NCBI GenBank assembly: GCA_045222055.1
Contig: JBGUXJ010000157.1
Coordinates: forward strand, 1 to 41,118
Length of the DNA stretch: 41,118 nt
Direction: 5' to 3'
DNA from: Candidatus Cryptobacteroides sp.
GTDB lineage: Bacteria > Bacteroidota > Bacteroidia > Bacteroidales > UBA932
Shown: piece after piece, positions 19,957 through 28,319 of the stretch
Layout: each line of letters begins with the position of its first letter
How positions within the stretch are numbered: position 1 is the first letter of the stretch
Notes under the pieces: generated by a model
Told to the model about the DNA's origin: nothing
What the model saw: only the letters and a program-made list of their open reading frames with translations
Database searches by the model: none
Position numbers and translations under genes: made by a program

Positions 19957-21402
19957 ATGAAAAAGATTATCAGTTTATTTGCGATAGCCGCACTGCTGGT
20001 ATGCAGTTGCGAAAAGAACGGCAAGGACAGCCCGGAAGCCACGGACGAAAGTTCCATCACGCTTTCCGAGGAATCCCTTACCGCCGGCCCGGAGGGCGCA
20101 TCCTTCAACGTGAAGGTGACCTCTTCCGAGGATTGGCGCGTGTCCGGCTTCGCCGAGTGGGTCAGTTTCACCAAGACCAGCGGCCAGTCCGGCCAGGACC
20201 TTACGCTTACCGTGGCGCCGAACGAGGGTGATGCCGCCCGCACCGCAACCTTCAAGGTCTTTGCCGGCAGCGCCGTGAAGACCCTGGCCGTCACTTCCGC
20301 CCCGACGTTCTCGATCAATCTCCTCAGCGACGAGGCCGTCTCCGTCGGTCCGGATGCCACCACCGTTACCGTCACTTTGAAGTCCAACGTCCGGGACCTG
20401 ACCTGTGACTTCGGCGGCGCGGACTGGATCACGGCCGGTGATGCGACCGAGGCGCTCGGAAAGCGGATCCTGAAGTTCAACGTCGCCCGCTCCCGCGAGT
20501 TCAAGGCCCGTGAAGGCAGGATCTCCATCTCCGGCGAGGGCTCGACCGTCTCCGTGGACCTGACCCAGGCCCAGCGCGACACGGCGTTCGCCGTGGAAGG
20601 CCGCAAGGTCGTCAAGGGACTCGAGGCCATGGATGTCACGCTGAACATCCGGACCAACTTCGACGTCAACTACAACCTGGCGTCCTGGCTGACGGAAACC
20701 GCTTCCAGCGAGACGGAAATGGACGAGACCGGCCTGAAGACCCGCACTGTCACCCTGCATGCGGATGCCACCGACGGCAGCCGCGCCCAGGACATTGCGT
20801 TCTACAAGGGCTCTTCCACGTCCGTCACCTACGGTGCCGTCTATGTCAAGCAGCAAGATCCCAACCCGGTCCTCGCCACCTTCGCGGACCCCGCGCTGGC
20901 CAGTCTGCTGCAGAACGCCGGCTGGGTCCTCGTGGATCCGGTCACCGGACAGTCCGAAGTGACCAGCACCGGCAAGACTTCGACCTCCCTTTCGATCAGT
21001 TCCACCGCGGTTTCCGATATCTCCGGCATCGATGTGTTCCCGGCTCTCTCGAACCTTTCGATCGGCTCGAGCTGCCGTGCGTTGACCAACATCGACCTCG
21101 GTTCCTGCCCGGTTTCTTCGCTCTCCTTTGACAACGGACATTATTTCAACAACCCGGAACTGAAGATCTCGGGCGAGAACATCAAAACCATCGTCATCGC
21201 GTGCTCCAGCTGGGTCGTGGCCTACGGCTATGACAAACTGGCGACGCTCGACGTGAGCGGATGCCCGGCGCTGGAGACACTCAACGCCAAGCGTCAGTAC
21301 AGTTCCATGGAGGGCCCGCTGCGGACCATCTACATGACGCAGGCGCAGGCCGACCGTGTCACAGTGACCGCGAACCCTTCCGCCCAAATCGTTATCAAGT
21401 AA
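19957..21402 (+). CDS. BACON-domain lipoprotein with LRR-like C-terminus
   Basis: Lipobox VCSC. Repeated W...N/R..R BACON-type motifs. ISGIDVFPALSNL and LATLDVSGCPALETL are LRR-like. Confidence 0.7.
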   Translation: MKKIISLFAIAALLVCSCEKNGKDSPEATDESSITLSEESLTAGPEGASFNVKVTSSEDWRVSGFAEWVSFTKTSGQSGQDLTLTVAPNEGDAARTATFKVFAGSAVKTLAVTSAPTFSINLLSDEAVSVGPDATTVTVTLKSNVRDLTCDFGGADWITAGDATEALGKRILKFNVARSREFKAREGRISISGEGSTVSVDLTQAQRDTAFAVEGRKVVKGLEAMDVTLNIRTNFDVNYNLASWLTETASSETEMDETGLKTRTVTLHADATDGSRAQDIAFYKGSSTSVTYGAVYVKQQDPNPVLATFADPALASLLQNAGWVLVDPVTGQSEVTSTGKTSTSLSISSTAVSDISGIDVFPALSNLSIGSSCRALTNIDLGSCPVSSLSFDNGHYFNNPELKISGENIKTIVIACSSWVVAYGYDKLATLDVSGCPALETLNAKRQYSSMEGPLRTIYMTQAQADRVTVTANPSAQIVIK

Positions 21403-22577
21403 TGAAAGCCATGAAGAAAGCAATCCATTATATCATCGCGATGGCCGCCTGTGCGGCGGTCCTCGCGGGTTGCAAGAAAGAGGAAGAGATCGTCGGTACC
21501 AACGACGGCGCCGGCTTCTTCCTCAACCGCACCATCCTTGCCCTGAACAAGGGTACGAGCGAGAAACTGGTGGCGACCGTTACGCCGAAGGATGCCGCGC
21601 AGGTGACCTGGTCTTCCGAGAACACGGCTGTGGCCACGGTCGAGGACGGGCTCGTCACGGCCGTGGGTGCCGGTGAGACCGTGATCCTGGCCAAGTCCGG
21701 ATCCAACACCCTCGAGTGCAAGGTCGCCGTGACCTCCCTGGTCGTCACCGTGACGCTGGACAAGACCGCTGCCGAACTCTGGTACGGGGATGAACTCCAG
21801 CTGACCGCCACGCCCGGTCCGGAGGACATCAACGTTCCGCTGACGACGACCTGGTCCTCTTCCGACGAAGCCGTCGTGACGGTCTCGCAGGAAGGCCTGG
21901 TCAAGGCGGTCGGCGGCGGTGACGCCACGGTCGTCGTCGCCATCAACGGCGTCTCCGCGACCTGTGACATCCATGTCCGCCGCAATGCCGAAGGCATCGC
22001 GATCACCCCGGCTTCCGCCGAAGTGAACGCCAACCATTCCTTCCAGTTCACTGCCTCCCTGCTTCCGGCCGACGTGACCGAACCGCTTGATTTCGAGTGG
22101 TCCGTGGAGGACGAGAGCATCGCGACCATCGACGCTGACGGTCTCCTGAGCGCCATCGCCCCGGGCGAGACCAAGGTCATCGTCAAGGCGGGTGATTTCG
22201 TGGCGGAAGCGGCCCTGACCGTCAAGCGCGAGATCAAGACCCTCTCGATCAATCCGAACATGGATACGACCGTCGAGGAGGTGACCATCTCCTTCGGCCC
22301 GCAGTGCTACTATTACGGCGGACGCTACGGCATGGAAATCCCGGCCTACGGCAGGTATTTCACGGTCAGCGTCCCGGCGGGGTATCACCTGCTCGAGATC
22401 AAGTTCACGCCTACTTACAACGGTACGCGCGGTGATTTCACCCCGTCCACCGGCACCTATGTCCGCGACGGCGGCAACCATTCCTGGAAACCGACGGAGG
22501 ATACGGAAAGCGTGACCTTCACCAACAACAACGGCTTCGAATTCGATATTCTGACCTGGACGGTCACCTACGAATAG
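21402..22577 (+). CDS. Lipoprotein with three Big_2 Ig-like repeats
   Basis: Lipobox LAGC followed by KKEEE. TWSSENTAVATV, TWSSSDEAVVTV, EWSVEDESIATI. TAATG overlap with the upstream gene. Confidence 0.85.
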   Translation: MKAMKKAIHYIIAMAACAAVLAGCKKEEEIVGTNDGAGFFLNRTILALNKGTSEKLVATVTPKDAAQVTWSSENTAVATVEDGLVTAVGAGETVILAKSGSNTLECKVAVTSLVVTVTLDKTAAELWYGDELQLTATPGPEDINVPLTTTWSSSDEAVVTVSQEGLVKAVGGGDATVVVAINGVSATCDIHVRRNAEGIAITPASAEVNANHSFQFTASLLPADVTEPLDFEWSVEDESIATIDADGLLSAIAPGETKVIVKAGDFVAEAALTVKREIKTLSINPNMDTTVEEVTISFGPQCYYYGGRYGMEIPAYGRYFTVSVPAGYHLLEIKFTPTYNGTRGDFTPSTGTYVRDGGNHSWKPTEDTESVTFTNNNGFEFDILTWTVTYE

Positions 22578-22598
22578 TTCGTTAAACTGTATTTCGTC

Positions 22599-22641
22599 AG
22601 CCCCGGCGGCGCCTTTCCGAAGGCCTGCCGGGGTTTTCTTT
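22599..22641 (+). terminator. Intrinsic terminator ending the PUL (possibly also serving convergent lrp)
   Basis: GC-rich stem agccccggcggcgcctt / aaggcctgccggggtt followed by ttcttt. Confidence 0.8.
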
Positions 22642-22660
22642 CATAGACCGGCCGTCCTTT

Positions 22661-23128
22661 TTACAGGTTGAGGCCCCAGGTGTGCTTGATTTCATTCATG
22701 ACGAAGGAGGACTGGATGGAGCCGATGGAGTCGACGGTGCCGAGGACATTGATGACGAACTCGTTGTAGTACTTCATGTCGGGGGCGTGGATCTTGAGCA
22801 GGTAGTCGAACTCGCCGGAGATGTTGTAGCACTCGGTGACCTGGGGGATGTCCTTGATGACCCGTACGAAGTTCATCGCCACGTCGCGGCTCATCTGCTT
22901 GAGCTTGACAGAGCAGAAGACCTCGAACCCGAGGTTGAGTTTTTCGGCGTCGAGGACGGCGACGTATTTGAGGATGTAGCCGTCGCGTTCGAGGCGTTTG
23001 AGCCGTTCGAACACGGGGGTGGTGGAGAGGTTGACGCGTGCGGCCAGCTGCTTGGTGGTCAGGCGGGCGTCGTCCTGCAGGAGCCGCAGGAGCTTGAGGT
23101 CGGTCTCGTCGAGGGTCGAAGGGTTCAT
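22661..23128 (-). CDS. Lrp/AsnC family transcriptional regulator
   Basis: LDETDLKLLRLLQDDAR HTH, ECYNISGEFDYLLK. ATG at 23128 lies downstream of its promoter, unlike the longer ORF start. Confidence 0.92.
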   Translation of the reverse strand: MNPSTLDETDLKLLRLLQDDARLTTKQLAARVNLSTTPVFERLKRLERDGYILKYVAVLDAEKLNLGFEVFCSVKLKQMSRDVAMNFVRVIKDIPQVTECYNISGEFDYLLKIHAPDMKYYNEFVINVLGTVDSIGSIQSSFVMNEIKHTWGLNL

Positions 23129-23193
23129 GGAATAATATTCTGTTTTTGAGCCGATGGAAAGGGATTTCTTGCTATTGGTTCTGTGATTTATTG

Positions 23194-23225
23194 CAAATTT
23201 AGCAAAATTTTCCAATCTTTTCAAA
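23194..23225 (-). promoter_or_regulatory. Sigma-A promoter of lrp (TTTG-N20-TAAATTTG)
   Basis: caaattta at 23194-23201 and caaa at 23222-23225 on +. Confidence 0.75.
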
Positions 23226-23228
23226 CTT

Positions 23229-23260
23229 GTTGAAATTTCATTCTGCTTATCCTACCTTTG
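23229..23260 (+). promoter_or_regulatory. Sigma-A promoter of the met operon (GTTG-N20-TACCTTTG)
   Basis: tacctttg at 23253-23260, back-to-back with the lrp promoter. Confidence 0.7.
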
Positions 23261-23265
23261 TATCC

Positions 23266-23395
23266 GCATTTTGTTCCAGATAGTCCGGAAAGTGTGGACG
23301 CCCGCGGCCCCATGAGCGGGTGTCATGAGCATAAGCGAATGACAGGACGGAGGTCCGAAGGACCGGGGCTTTCCGGACAGTCTGGAATAAAATGC
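23266..23395 (+). ncRNA. Structured 5' leader / candidate cis-regulatory RNA upstream of metY
   Basis: 27-bp closing stem 23266-23292 / 23369-23395 (24 Watson-Crick, 2 G-U, 1 mismatch) enclosing further hairpins. Starts at the expected TSS. Confidence 0.6.
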
Positions 23396-23436
23396 AAGCA
23401 AAAACAGAATTGAATGAAAAAAAACGAACTGGACAT

Positions 23437-24726
23437 ATGAGCAAAGACTTGCATATCGGCACGCTGTGCGTGCAGGCCGGCTACCAGGCCGCAAAGGGTG
23501 AACCCCGCCAGATTCCCCTCATCCAGAGCACGACCTTCCGCTATGAGACCAGCGACCAGATGGGCCGCCTTTTCGACCTGGAAGACGCCGGATATTTCTA
23601 TACCCGCCTGCAGAACCCGACCAACGACCATGTCGCCGCCCGCATCGCCGCCCTCGAAGGCGGCGTCGCGGCCATGCTGACCTCTTCCGGCCAGGCGGCC
23701 AATTTCTTCGCCTGCGTCAACATCTGCGAGGCCGGCGGCCACATCATCGCGGCCGGCAACATCTACGGCGGCACCTTCAACCTGCTCGGCACCTCGCTCC
23801 GCAAGCTCGGCATCGACGTGACCTTCATCAACCCGGATGCCTCCGAAGAGGAGATCCAGGCCGCCTTCCGTCCCGAGACCAAACTCGTCTTCGGCGAGAC
23901 CATCTCCAACCCCGGCGTCGAAGTCCTTGACATCGAGAAATTTGCCAAGATCGCCCATGCCAACGGCGTCCCGCTCGTCATCGACAACACCTTCGCGACG
24001 CCGGTCCACTGCCGTCCCTTTGAATGGGGTGCCGACATCGTCACGCATTCCACGACCAAGTACATGGACGGTCACGGCGTGGCCGTCGGCGGCGCCCTCG
24101 TCGACAGCGGCAACTTCGACTGGGACGCGCATGCGGACAAGTTCCCCGGCCTGACCACCCCGGACCCTTCCTACCATGGACTGACCTATACCAAGAAATT
24201 CGGGAAACTCGCCTACATCACCAAGGCGACCAGCCAGCTCATGCGCGATTTCGGCTCCATCCAGAGCCCCCAGAACGCCTTCTATCTCGGACTGGGACTC
24301 CAGACCCTGCACGTCCGCCTCGAGCGCCACACCCAAAGCGCGCAGAAGGTGGCGGAATACCTGCAGGCCCACCCGGCCGTGGCGTGGATCCATTATCCCG
24401 GACTCCCGGGGGACAAGGAGCATGAAAAAGCCCGCAAATACCTGCCGGACGGCTCCTGCGGCGTCCTGGCCTTCGCCCTGAAGGGCGGCCGTGCCGTGGA
24501 CAACAAGTTCATGGACAGTCTCCGGCTCGTCACGATCGAGACCCATGTCGCTGACTGCTACACTTGCATCCTGCACCCGGCCTCCCATACCCACCGCCAG
24601 CTCACGGACGAACAGCTCCGGGCGGCCGGCATCGCTCCGGACCTGATGCGCCTGAGCATCGGGCTGGAGGATCCCGAAGACATCATCGCCGATCTCGACC
24701 AAGCCATCAAGGAGGCCCTTGCATGA
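23437..24726 (+). CDS. metY: O-acetylhomoserine aminocarboxypropyltransferase (sulfhydrylase)
   Basis: YTRLQNPT, SSGQAA, IDNTFATP, HSTTKYMDGHG PLP lysine, HPASHTHRQL, RLSIGLE. Confidence 0.92.
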   Translation: MSKDLHIGTLCVQAGYQAAKGEPRQIPLIQSTTFRYETSDQMGRLFDLEDAGYFYTRLQNPTNDHVAARIAALEGGVAAMLTSSGQAANFFACVNICEAGGHIIAAGNIYGGTFNLLGTSLRKLGIDVTFINPDASEEEIQAAFRPETKLVFGETISNPGVEVLDIEKFAKIAHANGVPLVIDNTFATPVHCRPFEWGADIVTHSTTKYMDGHGVAVGGALVDSGNFDWDAHADKFPGLTTPDPSYHGLTYTKKFGKLAYITKATSQLMRDFGSIQSPQNAFYLGLGLQTLHVRLERHTQSAQKVAEYLQAHPAVAWIHYPGLPGDKEHEKARKYLPDGSCGVLAFALKGGRAVDNKFMDSLRLVTIETHVADCYTCILHPASHTHRQLTDEQLRAAGIAPDLMRLSIGLEDPEDIIADLDQAIKEALA

Positions 24727-25745
24727 TCCGGCACACGCTCATCACAGGTCCTTTCGAATTCGAAGCGGGCGGCCGCCTCGAGTCTCTCGAAGTGGTCTAT
24801 CATACCGTAGGCCCCCGTGACGGGAAGGTGGTCTGGATCTGCCATGCCCTGACGGCGAACAGCGACGTGGAAGACTGGTGGCCGCAACTCGTCGGCCCCG
24901 GCCGGCCGGTCGATACCGACCGGTATTTCGTCGTCTGCGTCGGCATGCTGGGTTCTTCATACAGCACGGCCGGCCCGGCTTCGGTGAATCCCGCCACGGG
25001 AGAGCCCTTCTATTTCGGTTTCCCGACCGTGACGGTCAGGGACATGATTCATGCATCAATCTTGGTACGGAAGCATCTGGGAATCAATCAGATTGATCTT
25101 ATCATCGGCAGTTCCATCGGGGGTTTCCAGGCCGTGGAATGGGCCGTGACCGAACCGGAAGTCATCCGCCGTGCGCTTTTCATCGCGACCGCACCGCGCA
25201 TTTCTCCCTGGGCGACCGCCCTGAACGAGACCCAGCGGATGGCGCTCGAGGCCGATCCGACCTTCCGCCGTTGCGAAAACCTGCAAGGCGGGGCGGCCGG
25301 ACTGAAATGCGCCCGCGCCCAGGCCCTGCTTTCTTACCGCAGTTACGAGGGGTATTGCCGGACCCAATCCGAAACCGATCCCGACACCCTGCTGGCGGAC
25401 CGGGCCGGTTCCTACCAGCGCTATCAGGGCGAGAAACTGGTCCGGCGCGACTTCGACGCCTATTCCTATTATTACCTGACCCTGGCCATGGACAGCCACA
25501 ATGTCGGCCGGGGCAGGGGCGGGGTCGCCGCCGCGCTCGGACGGATCACGGCGGAAACCACCGTGATCGGCATCACCTCCGACGGGCTGTTCCCGGCGCA
25601 GGAAATCCGGTCGATGGCCCTCCACATCCCCGGTGCGGATTACCGGGAAATCACGTCCGATTTCGGACACGACGGCTTCCTGCTGGAGTTTGACCAGCTG
25701 ACCGCCATCCTCCAACCTATTCTCGACGAACTATGCAAGTATTGA
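24723..25745 (+). CDS. metX: Homoserine O-acetyltransferase
   Basis: CHALTANS, GSSIGG nucleophile elbow, FDAYSY, GHDGFLLE. ATGA overlap with metY. Confidence 0.92.
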   Translation: MIRHTLITGPFEFEAGGRLESLEVVYHTVGPRDGKVVWICHALTANSDVEDWWPQLVGPGRPVDTDRYFVVCVGMLGSSYSTAGPASVNPATGEPFYFGFPTVTVRDMIHASILVRKHLGINQIDLIIGSSIGGFQAVEWAVTEPEVIRRALFIATAPRISPWATALNETQRMALEADPTFRRCENLQGGAAGLKCARAQALLSYRSYEGYCRTQSETDPDTLLADRAGSYQRYQGEKLVRRDFDAYSYYYLTLAMDSHNVGRGRGGVAAALGRITAETTVIGITSDGLFPAQEIRSMALHIPGADYREITSDFGHDGFLLEFDQLTAILQPILDELCKY

Positions 25746-28117
25746 AATTCGGTGGCTCTTCCGTTGCCTCCGCCTCCGCCATCAGCCGGGTTACCGGCAT
25801 CGTATCCAAAGCCCTGGAGCAGGACCGTACCATCGTCGTCTGCTCCGCCGTCAGCCGCTGTACCGATACCCTGATCGAGATCGGCCGCAAGGCCGCTGCC
25901 CGGGACGAATCCTGCCTGGACCTGCTGCAGGAACTCCAGGACCGCCACCATACCATCATCCGGGAACTGCTCCCGACCGTATTCCAGGAAAAGGTGACCG
26001 CGACGGTCGACCATCTTTTCGGAGAACTGCGCGACACCGTCCGGGGCGTTTTCCTGCTGGGAGAACTCAGTCCGACGAGCCTGGACGCCATCCAGGGTTA
26101 TGGCGAACTGTTCTCGACCAAGATCATCTTCGCGAAGTTCACTTCGCTGGGCATCAGCTGCAAATGGCTGGATACCAGGGAGATCGTCCGGGTCTGCGAC
26201 GGCGAGGTCGATCTGGAGACGACGTACCGGCACGTGCGGGAGGCGATCGACGGGCATACGTCCTTGTTCATCGTGCCGGGTTTCATCGCCTCGGATGCGC
26301 AGGGCCGGGTCCGCACCCTCGGGCGCGGCGGCTCCGATTATACCGCGTCGCTGCTGGCCGTAGGCATCCGCGCCCGGCTGGTGGAGATCTGGACCGATGT
26401 CCCCGGCATCATGACGGCCAATCCGAAGGTCGTCCCGACCGCCCGGACCATCCGGAACATCTCCTACCGCTCGGCGCAGGAACTGTCCCATTTCGGGGCG
26501 AAGGTTATCTATCCGCCGACCATCCAGCCGGTCGTGGAGGAGGGGATTCCGATCTATGTTAAGGACACCTTTGATCCCGAAGGCGGCTGCACCCTGGTGG
26601 AGAAGTATCCCCCGCAGGGCGCGGATGACGTGCTGGGCATCTCCAATTCGGACAACATCGCCCTGATTTCGCTGGAGGGCAGCGGCATGGTGGGCATTCC
26701 GGGCTTCTCTTCCCGCCTGTTCGACGCCCTGTCCCGCGCCGGGATCAACATCATCCTGATCACCCAGGCTTCTTCCGTCCATACCATGTGCATCGCCATT
26801 TCCGCGGCGGATGCCCCGCGTGCCAAGCAGGCGGCGGACGCCTGTTTCGCCTGGGAGATTTCCCAGGGCCGGCTCCAGCCGCTCAAGGTCGAGACCGGTT
26901 TCTCCATCGTCTGCCTGATCGGCAACGACGTGCTGGGCCACAGCGGTGCCACCGGCCGCATGCTGGCCGCCCTGGGCCGTCGCAGCATTCCGGTCCGGGC
27001 CACGGCGCAGGGCTCTTCCGAACGGAACATCTCCGTCATCGTGCCCTCCGACCGGGTCGACGAGGCCATCCGGGCGGTCCACCGGGAATTCTTTGACAAA
27101 GCCGCCCTGCAGAGCGTCAACCTCTTCATCGCCGGCTTCGGGACCGTGGGCAAGGCGCTGGTCCAGATCATCGCCAAGAACGCTCCGGCCATCGCGGCGC
27201 GCACGGGCAAGAGCATCCGCATCTGCGGGCTGTCCAACAGCCGGCGGTATGTCATCGCCACCGAGGGCATCGATTCTTCGAAGGCGGCGGAAGCGCTGGC
27301 GGAGGGTGTCAGCGCAGCGGACAACGCCTATTTCGACGCCCTGCTGGACCTGAGCCTGGAAGGGTCCGTCTTCGTGGACTGCACGGCCAATCCGGACCTG
27401 GGATTCCGGTATCCCGAACTCTTCCGCGCGGGCTATCCCGTCGTGGCGTGCAACAAGATACCGTTCTCCAGTTCCTATGAGCAGTATGAAGCGCTGAAGG
27501 CCCAGGCGTTGAAAGCCGGCGTGGGCCTGCGTTATGAGACGACGGCTGGCGCCGCCCTGCCGATTCTCGAAACCATCGACAAGGTCCTGAACTGCGGCGA
27601 CCGGATCCAGAAGATCCAGGCATGCGTTTCCGGTACGCTGGGCTATCTGTTCGACCGCTATGACGGCACGGTGCCTTTTTCGGACATCGTCGAGGAAGCC
27701 CGGCAGAAGGGTTATACCGAGCCGGATCCGTCCATCGACCTGAGCGGCCGGGACGTGCTCCGCAAACTGCTGATCCTCTCCCGCCAGACCGGTATTCCGC
27801 TGGAGGAGGCGCAGGTGGACATGGAACCGGTGCCGGAAGCGGACGAAATTGTCCGCCGGCATGCGGAGGCAACATCCAAGGGTTTGAAGCTCAGATATAT
27901 TGCATCGCTTATCATCGGCGAGGACGGGTCCTACCATGCGACCTGCCGGCTGGAGAGCGTCGGCCCTGACAGCCCGCTGTACTGGCTTCGCGGCACGGAC
28001 AACGCGGCTGTCATCACCACGGAGGACTATCCTTCCCCGCTGCTGATCCAGGGCGCGGGAGCCGGTGCCCGCCAGACTGCCGGTGGCCTGCTCGGCGACA
28101 TCCTGGCCTGCTTATAG
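25733..28117 (+). CDS. thrA: Bifunctional aspartokinase / homoserine dehydrogenase (ThrA/MetL type)
   Basis: VLKFGGSSV, TLGRGGSDYTA, two ACT domains, GFGTVG, YETTAGAALP, GYTEPDP-x2-DLSG. Confidence 0.9.
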   Translation: MQVLKFGGSSVASASAISRVTGIVSKALEQDRTIVVCSAVSRCTDTLIEIGRKAAARDESCLDLLQELQDRHHTIIRELLPTVFQEKVTATVDHLFGELRDTVRGVFLLGELSPTSLDAIQGYGELFSTKIIFAKFTSLGISCKWLDTREIVRVCDGEVDLETTYRHVREAIDGHTSLFIVPGFIASDAQGRVRTLGRGGSDYTASLLAVGIRARLVEIWTDVPGIMTANPKVVPTARTIRNISYRSAQELSHFGAKVIYPPTIQPVVEEGIPIYVKDTFDPEGGCTLVEKYPPQGADDVLGISNSDNIALISLEGSGMVGIPGFSSRLFDALSRAGINIILITQASSVHTMCIAISAADAPRAKQAADACFAWEISQGRLQPLKVETGFSIVCLIGNDVLGHSGATGRMLAALGRRSIPVRATAQGSSERNISVIVPSDRVDEAIRAVHREFFDKAALQSVNLFIAGFGTVGKALVQIIAKNAPAIAARTGKSIRICGLSNSRRYVIATEGIDSSKAAEALAEGVSAADNAYFDALLDLSLEGSVFVDCTANPDLGFRYPELFRAGYPVVACNKIPFSSSYEQYEALKAQALKAGVGLRYETTAGAALPILETIDKVLNCGDRIQKIQACVSGTLGYLFDRYDGTVPFSDIVEEARQKGYTEPDPSIDLSGRDVLRKLLILSRQTGIPLEEAQVDMEPVPEADEIVRRHAEATSKGLKLRYIASLIIGEDGSYHATCRLESVGPDSPLYWLRGTDNAAVITTEDYPSPLLIQGAGAGARQTAGGLLGDILACL

Positions 28118-28149
28118 GGTGTATCTGATGGCCCTTCCGGAGGGAATAG

Positions 28150-28258
28150 GCCTGCAACGTAAGTTATTGAGCAATAAGAAATTCCGCATATTAAGGTAGC
28201 GAAGTCGCCATCCTTAAAATGCGGAATTGTTTGTTTATTAGTCTGTTACGTTGCAGGC
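28150..28258. repeat. 109-bp AT-rich imperfect palindrome (element C; REP/REPIN-like)
   Basis: Outer 13-bp perfect IR gcctgcaacgtaa / ttacgttgcaggc. Inner 17-bp IR 28180-28196 / 28212-28228 with one mismatch. Confidence 0.8.
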
Positions 28259-28319
28259 TGTTATCAGCAGCACAGGCTATTTACAGTAGCGCAGGCTGTT
28301 TCAGTGTAGCAAGCTATTT
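28254..28319. repeat. Degenerate 18-19-bp tandem repeat (~3.5 units)
   Basis: caggctgtt, caggctatt, caggctgtt, caagctatt at 28254, 28273, 28292, 28310. Confidence 0.7.

Noticed and set aside
23246-23325. SAM-I riboswitch resemblance (cttatc ... gtgga ... ggccccatga)
   Set aside because: CTTATC lies upstream of the predicted TSS, and the GCAAC, GGTGC and 3' GAT elements and P2 pairing cannot be built.
23392-23436. Longer ORF-track starts for metY (likewise lrp, metX, rnr, second susC, transposase, SusD, Big_2 protein)
   Set aside because: The extensions overlap promoters, leaders or upstream genes. Downstream ATGs fit family N-termini and signal peptides better.
28150-28258. Integron attC site
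   Set aside because: No complete RYYYAAC...GTTRRRY pair at the ends, no cassette array and no integrase in the window.
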